Below, in pieces: positions 11,241-21,307 of a stretch of DNA of 64,000 nucleotides (within the stretch, counting starts at the first letter, position 1; every line of letters starts with the position of its first letter). The stretch covers positions 640,001 to 704,000 of the forward strand of contig CBDDDZ010000005.1 of the NCBI GenBank assembly GCA_965226795.1. Direction: 5' to 3'. The stretch comes from Candidatus Latescibacterota bacterium. GTDB taxonomy: Bacteria > Latescibacterota > UBA2968 > GCA-2709665. The position numbers and the translations under genes are program-made. The notes under the pieces were generated by a model. That model searched no databases, was not told the origin of the DNA, and saw nothing but the letters and a program-made list of their open reading frames with translations.

Positions 11241-11505
11241 TTTCGACAAGCTCAACGACCGCAATGCACACGACGAACATCAATTTGACTGCGCCCTGAG
11301 CCGCTCCCTGAGCCTGTCGAAGGGTCGGCGAAGGGGTATCTATAGGCGCAGAACGCATCGCGAAACGCGGGCATTTCGACAAGCTCAATGACCTCGTTTC
11401 GGCAAGCACGTTTCGATGGCCGATTTCGACAAGCTTGTTTCGACAGGCTCAACGCAGGCAATGACCGCGCTTCGACAGATTCGTTCCCACAAGCTCAACG
11501 CAAGC
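11241..11505. repeat. Cluster of REP-like TTCGACA(A/G)GCTCA motifs
   Basis: Copies at about 11241, 11374, 11424, 11438, 11471 and 11489, plus an inverted CCCTGAGCCTGTCGAAGGG at 11306-11324. Confidence 0.75.
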
Positions 11506-11560
11506 AGCACAGGCAACGCGGCCAGGCACGAGAACCGCCAACCCGGAAAAGGAGACCGCA

Positions 11561-12370
11561 ATGGACGACGAAGAGAGATATTTTTTTGATCTCAATGGCT
11601 ATCTCGTGGTTGAGAACGCCCTCTCCTCAGCGGAAGTTGCCGCATGCAACGAAGCCATAGACCGGAACGTCCTCCTCATCCGCGAACGGCCCGAAGAACA
11701 ATCCCTCTCGGGTAAATCCAGAACGCTTAAGGGTCAGCAGGGTCGCGGCGATCTCGGCGGCATGCTGACGTGGCCGAAGCCCTGGTGCCAACCCTTCAGG
11801 GATCTCCTGGCTCATCCCGGTATCGTACCGTATCTCAATGAACTGCTGCGCGAGGGTTTCCGCCTGGATCACCTTTATGGAATCATCATGCGCCAGGGAA
11901 CGGAAGGACACGTGCTTCACGGCGGCGGCACCACGGATGACCTGACCCATTTCTACCAGTTTCACAATGGAAAGATGCGTTGCGGCCTTACCGTTGTTTC
12001 CTGGATCCTTACCGACTGCGGCCCGGGAGACGGGGGATTCGCCTGCATTCCAGGGAGCCACAAATCCAACTACCCGACCCCGCGGGGCGTGGCCCTGCTG
12101 GATAGAGACATCGGCGTGGTGCGGCAGGTGGAAGCGAAGGCCGGCTCGGCCGTCATTTTCACCGAAGCCCTAACGCACGGCACGATGCCCTGGGCGGCCG
12201 AACACCAGCGGCGTTCCATTCTGTACAAATACGCGCCCGGACCACTGACCTACGCACGAATCTACCTGCCGCAGGGCGTTGAAGAGGTTCTGGAGGAATT
12301 CACGCCGCAACAGCGCGCCGTGCTGGAACCGCCGTACCGCACCCAGCGGCCGACACTCGCGGCCAGTTGA
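11561..12370 (+). CDS. Phytanoyl-CoA dioxygenase (PhyH) family protein
   Basis: YFFDLNGYLVV, GGFACIPGSHK, FTEALTHG..PW, RRSILYKY. AGGAG RBS. Confidence 0.88.
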   Translation: MDDEERYFFDLNGYLVVENALSSAEVAACNEAIDRNVLLIRERPEEQSLSGKSRTLKGQQGRGDLGGMLTWPKPWCQPFRDLLAHPGIVPYLNELLREGFRLDHLYGIIMRQGTEGHVLHGGGTTDDLTHFYQFHNGKMRCGLTVVSWILTDCGPGDGGFACIPGSHKSNYPTPRGVALLDRDIGVVRQVEAKAGSAVIFTEALTHGTMPWAAEHQRRSILYKYAPGPLTYARIYLPQGVEEVLEEFTPQQRAVLEPPYRTQRPTLAAS

Positions 12371-12469
12371 CCGATGGCCTGCGCCGACGCGCGGATGCCG
12401 CCGAAGGACATACCCTGACACGGCAATACCGGCGTGCCAACAGCCCGCAATCAGAACCTTCATCATGCG

Positions 12470-12500
12470 AAAGCCCCGGTCTGATTCGACCGGGGCTTTT
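12470..12500. terminator. Probable bidirectional intrinsic terminator
   Basis: AAAGCCCCGGTC-tgattc-GACCGGGGCTTTT between convergent genes. Confidence 0.75.
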
Positions 12501-12537
12501 GGCTGATCCTTAGTCGGCCGTCCCGCCAAAGCCGATC

Positions 12538-13686
12538 CTACAGATAATTCACACCATACCAGAGCGCCGGAATCGGGAACACCTCTGCCAGAATTTCGCC
12601 CGCACGACCTCCGGAATTCAGAAGCGACGCTTCGGCGCCGTCCAACGTGCCGAAAATCAACTGCACCGCCGCCCCCTGGTCGGGCGCCACCACGCGGTCG
12701 CCCCCATACGAGAAGATCATCTCGTCTCCCTGCTCATTGAAGACCAGGCTCCGGGCCTCCGTCTCGCCAACCACCTCTGCGAAATAGGGCCGCATCCGCT
12801 CCATAAACTGGACGAAATTGATCAGTGTGACCGTCCCCGACGAATTGGCCGGCGCACCGGTCAGGCCTCTCGCCTGAAGGCAATCCTGAAACCACCGATC
12901 GCAGCCCATAACGTGGAGGCTGAGCGCCTGGAGGTCCAGTTTCCGGATCAGTTTGCCCAGGGCGCCAGCCAGACACCGCCGGTCTCCCGCGGCCTCCTGC
13001 ACCGGTATCCTGTCGTCGCCGTCCCGGGGCTGCTGCACGATCATGTATCCACGCATTATCCCGGCTTCACACACCTTGAATACCAGCGCGGGTCGGTTCA
13101 TGACAAACCCGTTGAATGCGTGAGCGTAATCGGACGGCGGCCGCATCCACCGCACGGGCTCCTCACGGTACACCGAGGCCATTGCCGGTACGTCGTCCGG
13201 TGACGCATCGACGAGTTCCACGCCGGCGTCGTCGAAATCTCCGGCCTTGTCCGCCGTCAGCGAGAAATTCCAGTCTCGCCCGACGTACCGGCACCCGAAC
13301 CGGTGATACATCTTTCGATATCCGGACACCAGCATGAAATCCACCCCGTCCTCCCTGCAGACCCGCATCGTGTCCTCGAACAGGGCGGTCGCGTAGCCCT
13401 TGCCGCGGTATTCTTCGTACGTGGCCACCCCGCCCAGAGACGACGCGCGTACCGTACATCCGAATATGGACGCGTTCCGCCGCAGCGCGCCAATGTGCGA
13501 CACAACCCGCCCGTCCACCACCACCACCCGCATTTCCCCGGCGTGCGCCGGTGTGTAAAAGTGCGGGTATTCCTCGGCCAGGCCGGGGCGGAACACCGTG
13601 CCGACCAGTTCGCACAGACTCTCGAATTCATCCGGATGCAGGCTGCGCATGCCATCGCGCCACGAGGGTTGGGGGTCGATGGGCAT
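12538..13686 (-). CDS. GNAT family N-acetyltransferase (Eis-like)
   Basis: LGGVAT.EEYRGKGYAT acetyl-CoA motif; ~380 aa Eis-like length. Confidence 0.82.
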   Translation of the reverse strand: MPIDPQPSWRDGMRSLHPDEFESLCELVGTVFRPGLAEEYPHFYTPAHAGEMRVVVVDGRVVSHIGALRRNASIFGCTVRASSLGGVATYEEYRGKGYATALFEDTMRVCREDGVDFMLVSGYRKMYHRFGCRYVGRDWNFSLTADKAGDFDDAGVELVDASPDDVPAMASVYREEPVRWMRPPSDYAHAFNGFVMNRPALVFKVCEAGIMRGYMIVQQPRDGDDRIPVQEAAGDRRCLAGALGKLIRKLDLQALSLHVMGCDRWFQDCLQARGLTGAPANSSGTVTLINFVQFMERMRPYFAEVVGETEARSLVFNEQGDEMIFSYGGDRVVAPDQGAAVQLIFGTLDGAEASLLNSGGRAGEILAEVFPIPALWYGVNYL

Positions 13687-13750
13687 CGTGGCCTCCTTAA
13701 ATCAGCGAACCGGCGCTCACTGATGCGGCGGTTCATGATGTCGATTGAAA

Positions 13751-14757
13751 TCACAGGGTCGAAGGGTTCGGGGAACAGTCGAAATTCGCGCCAGTCCAGG
13801 GACGTGGCGGCCAGGTCTCGTCCTGCCCCATAAAACCCGGGACACTGAAATATCGTTCCGCCGAATCGCAGATCACCGTGGCAACGCGCCGGCCTTCGCC
13901 CAACTCCTCCGCCACCCGGAGCGCGGTCCAGACATTCGCGCCGGCCGAAATGCCGCTCAGGATCCCCTCCTCGGCCGCCAGCCGCCTGGAGGTTTCGAAC
14001 GCATCGGCCTCGGTCGCGCAGATCACGCGATCGTAGATCTCCCGGTTCAGGACCTCGGGAACGAATCCCGCGCCGATGCCCTGGATATCGTGAAGCCCCG
14101 GCGCGCCGCCGGACAGCACGTTGGACCGTTGCGGTTCCACCGCCACCACCAGCAAACACGGAAATTCCGCCTTCAGGACCTCGCCCACGCCCGTGATGGT
14201 GCCGCCCGTGCCCACGCCGGCCACGAACGCATCCAGCCGCCCCTCGACCGCCTCCAGGATCTCACGCGCGGTTGTGCGGCGGTGAACCTCCGGATTCGCC
14301 GGATTCACGAACTGCTGCGGCATGAACGTCTCGGCGGCGGCTTCACGCGCGATGCGCACCGCCTCGTCCACGGCGCCTTGCATGTCCTTGGCGCCCGGCG
14401 TCAGCACCACCTCGGCCCCGAAACTCTGCAACAGATCCCGCCTTTCGCGGCTCATGGAATCCGGCATGGTCAGGACCAGCCGGTATCCCTTCGCCGCCGC
14501 CACCAGCGCCAGGCCGATGCCCGTATTCCCGCTGGTCGGCTCCACGATTGTCATGCCCGGCTTCAGACTGCCGTCCCGTTCCGCCGCCTCGATCATCGCA
14601 TCCGCAATCCGGTCCTTCACCGAAGCCACGGGGTTGGCGGCCTCGATTTTAACGGCCACCTCGGCCATGACGGTTCCACGAGCCGGTTCAGGCGCACCAT
14701 CGGCGTCTCGCCGATCAGTTCCAGGATATCGTCCGCCACCGCGTTGGCCAATGGCAT
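13751..14757 (-). pseudogene. cysK: Cysteine synthase A with a single-base frameshift near 14669 (pseudogene or sequencing error)
   Basis: SVKDR, EPTSGNTG, GVGTGGT and IQGIGAGF motifs. The N-terminal DILELIGETPMVRLNR from ATG 14757 is out of frame with the rest. Confidence 0.85.
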
Positions 14758-14826
14758 GTCGTCCCTTTCTAACGCTTCAACCAGGACCCGTCAACCCCCG
14801 TGATCGGGCAATCTCAAATGCTTCAT

Positions 14827-15288
14827 TTATCCCGCTTCGCCCGCGCTCTCGACGCGAGTTGCCACGGCCTCGATCGCCATTTTCCCCAGGCGCTGGATGT
14901 CTTCGGCGATCGTATCGTCCTCCAGGTCGGCCGGGGCGCACCACCGGTATCCCTCTGCCTCGGAGGCCGCCACCTTCAGGCTGCCCCCCGTCACGCGCGC
15001 GAAATAGATCAGATCGATATGCTGGTGATCGGCTGAAATCTGTTCCAGGAGAATACATTCGGGGCGGCTCAGCACATCCACCGTGCCCATCCGGGAGCGC
15101 GGTGAAAGCAGGGCCACCTCCAGGCCACACTCCTCCCGGACCTCGCGGACGGCTGCATCGCACGGCAGCTCGTCCTTGTCGATATGCCCGCCCGGCGGAA
15201 GCCACAGCCGGAGCCGCTTATGGAATAGCAACAACGTCCTGCCGTCCTGAACGACGAACGTGGTTGCCGTAAAGTCCCGTGTGGTCAT
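14827..15288 (-). CDS. NUDIX hydrolase
   Basis: PGGHID..E....AAVREVREECGL Nudix box. Confidence 0.92.
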   Translation of the reverse strand: MTTRDFTATTFVVQDGRTLLLFHKRLRLWLPPGGHIDKDELPCDAAVREVREECGLEVALLSPRSRMGTVDVLSRPECILLEQISADHQHIDLIYFARVTGGSLKVAASEAEGYRWCAPADLEDDTIAEDIQRLGKMAIEAVATRVESAGEAG

Positions 15289-15362
15289 CCTTTTGAATAT
15301 ACCTTGCGAATTCCCAGGTGAAAAGGGGAAAAGAACTACTGTGATTAAGGCACGTGCGGCTT

Positions 15363-15657
15363 ACATGGATGGACAGGATGAAAAGGATGGAAACCAGGAA
15401 CTGCAAGACCGGTGTCTGCTGACTAACTATGTTAAAAAAAATACACCCCACGAGCCGTCCCAGACTCACGGGGAATTCTCAAACCAACACCGACAAACAT
15501 GGGTCTACAGGATCTACTGTCAATCAGCCATAAGTCACGCGATTACGTTATTTTATGTGATTGTGCCAACCGCGTGGACAGGGTGGTTAGAGGGTTCCCG
15601 AGATTTTCGCGACTGTCGGGTTTCAGTCTTTATCCTGTCTATCCTGTGCATCCATGT
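15363..15657. repeat. Inverted pair of the 26-nt 9-periodic repeat (MITE/REPIN-like unit)
   Basis: ACATGGATGGACAGGATGAAAAGGAT (15363-15388) ... ATCCTGTCTATCCTGTGCATCCATGT (15632-15657). Confidence 0.8.
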
Positions 15658-15718
15658 AAGATGTGTCGTCGAAAGGATCACCATCGCATAACCCGAAGTC
15701 CATCCGCGTCCAGTACGA

Positions 15719-15904
15719 TCACTCGTGTAGCCGGAACTTGATCTCGGCGATCGAAGCCGTCTCCAGGAATGATTCCAATTCTTTTTTCAGGTTTTCCTGG
15801 GCTTCGAATACAGTTTTTCCCTGGCTCGCGATGTCCAACTCGGGGCATAGAGAGACGTACCCATCGCCGACGCGCTCGATAATTGCCGTCAACTGTCTGG
15901 TCAT
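15719..15904 (-). CDS. HicB-family antitoxin, short and possibly truncated; no HicA adjacent
   Basis: LTAIIER.GDGYVSLCPELDIASQG.T..EA..NL. Confidence 0.75.
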   Translation of the reverse strand: MTRQLTAIIERVGDGYVSLCPELDIASQGKTVFEAQENLKKELESFLETASIAEIKFRLHE

Positions 15905-15937
15905 CACCAACTCCCGCATTTCCGATTCAAAGAATTA

Positions 15938-16294
15938 ACATGGATGTACAGGATAATACTGTGATTACCCTGATTACACTATGATTGCCATGATTAAGTC
16001 GGATGCGCGGACAGGAAAGACGAGCGAAATCCGACTTGGCATCTGAAACACGGAAAAAAGCCTGTCAGTACCTTAATTAAGGTGAAATGTATGATTACTG
16101 ATTACCGTGATTAAGGCGCGTGGTCGCGGAAGGGCAACAGCGGAAATCCTGTGCATCATGTTAACCACAGTGTCTATCCTGAACATCCATGCCTCCCGCT
16201 TCGCCGCTTTTGCCTCGAATCACAGTCCATCATTATAATCACACGAATCATAGTCGTTTTTGGTCTTCATCCTGTCTATCCTGTGCATCCATGT
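15938..16294. mobile_element. MITE-like composite repeat, copy A
   Basis: Ends are inverted copies of the repeat. Internal CTGTGATTA tracts and other blocks match 31506-31844. Confidence 0.7.
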
Positions 16295-16295
16295 T

Positions 16296-16907
16296 TCATG
16301 CCTTTTTACGAGGATCGCCTGTCAATTGTTCCCACGCTTTCGTGAAGGACTCAGGCTCGACACCGAGCGCATCGGCCACGCGGTTGATATAGTTGAAATA
16401 GCCGACGATCTGGACCGCGTCATGAATGGCGCGATCGTCGAAGCCGTGCCGGCGCAACCCGTCTATATCCTCCGCCGTTGAAGTCTGGGGATCCAGGCTG
16501 AGTTTTTCCGCGAAGGCACAAAGTGCGCGGTCGGCCGGGGAGAGGCGGGCCCCGCGCCAATCCGTGGCCAACTGATGCACCAGACGGTCGGCCTCGTCGT
16601 CGTCCTCAACGCCGAAATCTCTGGCGACCTCGGCACGGAGGTCGTGGGCGTGGGCGCGTATTCAGTACACGCAATGATTCGCGGCCGAAACCACCACGGC
16701 CAGCATCTCCCGCCGCCCGCGGCTGAGAGGGGAGGGGCCGTGCATCAGAATGCCATAAAAATCCAGCGAAGCCTTCATGACGGGGGGGTTGGGGCTCATG
16801 ATGGACACAATGCCCCAGATACGTCCGGCGCGGGACATCGCGGCGTCGTACAGCTTCTTCAACAGGCCGGTGGCCTTATCTGGCGGGATGACATTGATAT
16901 CGGGCAT
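16296..16907 (-). CDS. AhpD/carboxymuconolactone decarboxylase-like peroxidase-related selenoprotein (CxxU; UGA at 16664-16662)
   Basis: Two ORF-track fragments share one frame joined by a single TGA in NHCVY-U-IRAH. A SECIS-like hairpin follows. GGAGG RBS. Confidence 0.85.
16625..16644 (-). promoter_or_regulatory. Putative bacterial SECIS hairpin
   Basis: mRNA CGACCUC-CGUGCC-GAGGUCG, with the loop 24 nt after the UGA and G at loop position 2. Confidence 0.7.
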
Positions 16908-16972
16908 CACGGACCTCCAACCGAACACGGATCAACAGGGATATTCTAATCATACCAAAAACAAAACGACCT

Positions 16973-16998
16973 ACATGGATGGACAGGATGAACAGGAT
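16973..16998 (+). repeat. 26-nt 9-periodic repeat at the left edge of the AT-rich cargo
   Basis: ACATGGATGGACAGGATGAACAGGAT; a degenerate copy lies at 17108-17124. Confidence 0.8.
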
Positions 16999-17443
16999 AA
17001 AACGGGAAAAACTGGAAAATCCAGTACACCCTGGACCATCACGATGCTAAAGCCGACGATCGGACGTAGTGACGGATTTCGTAGAATCTCCAGAAAAACA
17101 CCAAGATACAAGGATAGACAGGATGGTTGTCCCCGCTCCGGATAAATCCTACTTGGAGATTACGTCCCTTTATTGTTGGACGTAAATCAGCAACTTGACA
17201 TAAGTCCGAAATAATACTATACTTTTGTGCAGTAATATCCAAACCACGAGGAACACTTGCAAATCTGATGCACTGTGGCACGAAATGGCTAGCGGTGATG
17301 TATCGTAAAGAGAAAACTGGGTTTGCGAATATGCAAATTGCTAATCTGCACTGCAGGCGACGATTGGTCGGTGGCATGTTAATCTAAGTTGCAGATTGCG
17401 CCGGGAAAACCGACGTTTGACGGCAAATACGACGAGGGACACA

Positions 17444-18733
17444 ATGGCGAAAACAGTAATGATATTTGGAGCAGGAGCGTCGATCCCATTTTTCTGCCCG
17501 CCCATTTCGACCGATGGATTGACTGAATTAGTACAGAATGAGACGAAATGGCAAAAGCTCCTGGATAGGTATAACGCAGAGATGCGTCGTGCGAGTCGCC
17601 TTTTGGTTTGTAAGGTCAAATGGGATCCCATATCGCGTTTAAGTCAACGGGCACGTGAAGTGAAAGGGTGTGTAAACTTCGAGGAACTCATTGGGTTTTG
17701 CGACATGTATTCATCATTCGTTTTGGACGAAACATATCTCGCAAACCCTGGAATTGGAAGAGAATCCAAACGTCAACATGATCTCTTAAGGTTTTTCAAC
17801 GTTAGACAGCCATTTCAATGTGGTCAGTACTGGCAATTTGTACCCTTCCTCTTCAGACAGCTGATTGCTGAAGAGATTGGAGAAAGGGATCGCCAATATC
17901 GATCAAATGACTTTTGCGACCTCCTGAGCAAACAATCGAGTTTGCTCTCGGGTCAATTGAAAGATGGGGATCTGTCAGTATTCACTTTTAACTATGATGA
18001 TGTCTTGCCTCAGACCGTGGAAGTTGCAACGATACCTCTGGAAACGGGTTTCTCGTCAGGATACTTTTGTAGTGAGAAATTCCTAAAAGCACCGTCAGTT
18101 CTGGCATTTCTACACGGCCATGCAAAATGGGCTCTGGAAGATTGCGGTATCAGGGAATTTGCATCAATCTCCGACGCCAACACTTGGCGACTTAAGCGCC
18201 TTTTTTCCGCGGAGTCGGCGTCGATGGAATTCGTCGATGAATCTGGTGCCTACGACTTCAATTCATTTTTGTCCACTGGCTTAGACAAGGAGCCATCATT
18301 CAACCGAAACCCCTATTGTGCGTACCACCAGCGTATAGCCCGCGACCTTATGTCTGCAGATGCCCTTATTGTCGCTGGTTACTCGTTCAGTGACCCCCAC
18401 ATTGACAGGTTACTATTAAACTTCCGAAACCTCCGGCCGGAGAATAAGATCCTGGCAATTGACCTGTCGAAACAGGACATTGAGATAACGGAGGAATATA
18501 AGAATTGTGAAAGATTTGTTGGCCGTTTACTCCAAGTATTCGACGTCACAACAATTCCCGTAGAGTCTAGGAATCTAAGCTACAAATACGCTGGCGCATT
18601 GAACTGTACAAACAGAAATGGCTACGGCTTTTTGTATCCTCAAATCTGGATCTACAAAAATGGTTACGGGGAGTTTCTTTCAGAATGGCAGACCGTTCTC
18701 GATAAGTGGCGACGCTCTCACGATCCGTATTAG
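17444..18733 (+). CDS. SIR2-like (SIR2_2) domain protein, putative defence NADase
   Basis: IFGAGAS, FTFNYD, FLHG and IVAGYSFSDPHI motifs; AT-rich context. Confidence 0.8.
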   Translation: MAKTVMIFGAGASIPFFCPPISTDGLTELVQNETKWQKLLDRYNAEMRRASRLLVCKVKWDPISRLSQRAREVKGCVNFEELIGFCDMYSSFVLDETYLANPGIGRESKRQHDLLRFFNVRQPFQCGQYWQFVPFLFRQLIAEEIGERDRQYRSNDFCDLLSKQSSLLSGQLKDGDLSVFTFNYDDVLPQTVEVATIPLETGFSSGYFCSEKFLKAPSVLAFLHGHAKWALEDCGIREFASISDANTWRLKRLFSAESASMEFVDESGAYDFNSFLSTGLDKEPSFNRNPYCAYHQRIARDLMSADALIVAGYSFSDPHIDRLLLNFRNLRPENKILAIDLSKQDIEITEEYKNCERFVGRLLQVFDVTTIPVESRNLSYKYAGALNCTNRNGYGFLYPQIWIYKNGYGEFLSEWQTVLDKWRRSHDPY

Positions 18734-18888
18734 TACGACCTTTTCCCTGTGACGTTGTTGCCATTGCGATCTTTTTTTAGCGACAGATGTAGGCATGACA
18801 CGGTCGGAAAAAACTGCTCTCAAGCAATACGTCGTCATAGGTCATGCCGACACGGGGACAGCACAAGTCTCGCGGGTTTGAACGGCCG

Positions 18889-19131
18889 CTAGTGCCTCTT
18901 GTCTTTGGGTGGGTTCGGGTCGTTACCGGGCGGTACCGTATCCGAATCACGCCAACGACCATCCCGTCCCTGAATGCGAACCTCTCCACCACCTGAGTTT
19001 CCAACAATCTCCTTTGCCCGTTGCTCGGCTTCGTACTGTGTGTCGTGAACAGAACTGGCTCTTTCCGAGTTTGGACCCTTTACAGCCCAGCCTCTCTGAT
19101 GCTTCGTTACATACCGTTCATTCCTTCCCAT
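18889..19131 (-). CDS. DUF2188 family small protein
   Basis: GWAVK...S.RAS..H.TQ.EA...A, EVRIQGRDG.WRD.DT...GNDP.PPKD. AGGAGG RBS. Confidence 0.85.
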   Translation of the reverse strand: MGRNERYVTKHQRGWAVKGPNSERASSVHDTQYEAEQRAKEIVGNSGGGEVRIQGRDGRWRDSDTVPPGNDPNPPKDKRH

Positions 19132-19208
19132 GTTGACCTCCTTGATTTGGTTGGTTCGTGTTTACCGATAATTACCGAACGATCAAAGAGCGTTGGTTCA
19201 TTAAGATT

Positions 19209-21021
19209 GAGCCCACTCCGAAAAGTCGTGTTTACTTAACCAGGAAAAAGTACTAAATTCGAGGTGTCAACAGGTTGCAATGTTTCAGATTGATGTTTGA
19301 TCACAAAGAAGCGAGGGACATATGTTTAGAAGGAGTGCCCCTTCAAGTCAGCCGGATCTGTTTAGCAGCTTCGAGTCGCATTTCAAAGGTCCGAAGCTGG
19401 ATCGGCTAAATGATCCGGCCGCCTGGAATAATCTGTTCTACGAGCACATCACGTCAAAGGTCGATGAGGATATTTTTCGTGTGGTGTTTGACCCTGACAT
19501 AGGCCGTCCCAATGCGCCGATCCGGCATCTGGTGTCGATGATGATCTTGAAGGAGGGCTTTGGGTGGAGCGATGCCCAACTTTTTGAGCAATGTCGGTTC
19601 AACATCCTGGTGATGGGGGCATTGGGGTTGGTGAATCTTACGGATGAAGTGCCTGTCGAGTCCACGTATTATCTGTTCAAGCAGGCTTTGTATGCGTATC
19701 AACTGAAGACCGGTCGCGATCTGGTAGGAGAGACCTTTTTCAGCTTAACAAAGACGCAGGCCAAGGCCTTTGGTGTATTGGGTCAACAAATCCGAATGGA
19801 CAGTAAGTTGATCGGCGCCAACATTGCCTTGTGTTGTCGGTTGCAGTTGGTGGTTTGTTGCTTACAAGGGTTCTGGAGGTCATTGGACAAGGATGAGAAG
19901 GGACGATTATCGGCAACGGATCAGCAGGTTTTGGAGGATCTGATCCAAGGGAAGCCCCATCAGGTTGTCTACCGTCTCACCCCTACTGAAAAAGGCGAGA
20001 AGCTACAGGAATTGGGGCGGTTATTGAGCAGGCTACAAGAGACCTATACCGAGAAAGACAGCGATCGATATGGTCTGATCGTGCGTGTTTTTGAGGACCA
20101 ATATACGGTTTTGTCTTCCCCCGAAGAGGTGCTACCCAAGCCGCCGAAAGCGATCTGTTCATCCTCGTTGCAGTCTGCCCATGATGACGATGCGGCCTTT
20201 CGCAGGAAAGGCGAGAATAAGGTGAAAGGGTATAATGTCAACCTCACCGAGACCTGCGATGAGGATGGCCTCAATTTGATCACGGATGTTGACGTCAAAC
20301 CGGCGACGAGTCCCGACAACGCGTTTGTCCAACCTGCCATTGAGCAGACACAACGCGTGGTGGGTGACGTCTTGGAAGTGTCAATGGATGGGGCCTATAA
20401 TGATCAATCCAACGCCGAGTACGCAAAAGAACAGGACAAGCAATTCTATTACAGTGGCCTGCAAGGAACCCCAGGGCGTTTCAGTTATGAACGCGCAGCA
20501 GACGGTGTCAAGGTCATTGATCAACAAACCGGAGAGGTTCAGCTTGCCCAAGAATACAAACCGGGAAAATACAAAATCATCATCGATGGCAAACCACGAT
20601 ACTTTAAAGAACAACACATCGACAGTTACCTCAATCGCAAACAGATCGAAGCACTCCCTGCCCATATTAGAAACAGACGCAACAATGTCGAGGCCAGCAT
20701 CTTCCAGTTGAGCTATTACACCCAAAATGGCAAGACGCGCTATCGCGGACTGATGCCACACCAACGGTGGGCCTGGTGTCGTGGCCTATGGATCAATCTG
20801 GTTCGGATCAAGAACTACCTCGCTACACCCCTGATGATCCCCGCATAATCGGGGATTTCTTGTGCAAAACCCTGATTGACAACACCCAGACCAACCTGGT
20901 GGCCTCCCTCTACGTTGATGCGCCGCAGGTCGCTGTAAAATCCCGGCACCACGATACATCCCTATACGCATCGCTGTCCACCAACACGAATCCTTCGCGG
21001 CCCCCTTTTCGGAGGCGACTC
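19209..21021 (+). mobile_element. Insertion sequence (IS5/IS1182-like), 1813 bp
   Basis: Imperfect TIRs GAGCCCACTCCGAAAAG / CTTTTCGGAGGCGACTC. Flanking direct repeat AAGATT at 19203-19208 and 21022-21027. Confidence 0.88.
19322..20848 (+). CDS. DDE transposase (DUF772-type N-terminus)
   Basis: GRP...L..M..LK..FGWSD, RMDS, MDGAY and RNNVEA motifs; lies inside the TIRs. Confidence 0.88.
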   Translation: MFRRSAPSSQPDLFSSFESHFKGPKLDRLNDPAAWNNLFYEHITSKVDEDIFRVVFDPDIGRPNAPIRHLVSMMILKEGFGWSDAQLFEQCRFNILVMGALGLVNLTDEVPVESTYYLFKQALYAYQLKTGRDLVGETFFSLTKTQAKAFGVLGQQIRMDSKLIGANIALCCRLQLVVCCLQGFWRSLDKDEKGRLSATDQQVLEDLIQGKPHQVVYRLTPTEKGEKLQELGRLLSRLQETYTEKDSDRYGLIVRVFEDQYTVLSSPEEVLPKPPKAICSSSLQSAHDDDAAFRRKGENKVKGYNVNLTETCDEDGLNLITDVDVKPATSPDNAFVQPAIEQTQRVVGDVLEVSMDGAYNDQSNAEYAKEQDKQFYYSGLQGTPGRFSYERAADGVKVIDQQTGEVQLAQEYKPGKYKIIIDGKPRYFKEQHIDSYLNRKQIEALPAHIRNRRNNVEASIFQLSYYTQNGKTRYRGLMPHQRWAWCRGLWINLVRIKNYLATPLMIPA

Positions 21022-21307
21022 AAGATTGTATCCAGGATACTCTCGGTGACGCCGCCGTGGAACCCCCGTAGAGAAAGCGATCGGGCGGTGACGAAATACG
21101 ACGCCATCGATTAAATGATGCGGTCAGATGTTCCCTTCTCATCAACTTCCCTATTTGTTACTTGCGATGTTGCATCTTTAGCCTTGGTTCAGGCTATCAA
21201 GGAAGGCCATGCATCTTGGAAGTCAGCGGACATTGGCACATAATTCCCCAAGTCGTCTATTCGGAAAGGAATTCCAGACGCAGAGGTTGGGATTTGCTAC
21301 CGGTACG

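Noticed and set aside
15690..15721. TGA readthrough in the HicB-like gene
   Set aside because: No Cys context and no SECIS-like hairpin.
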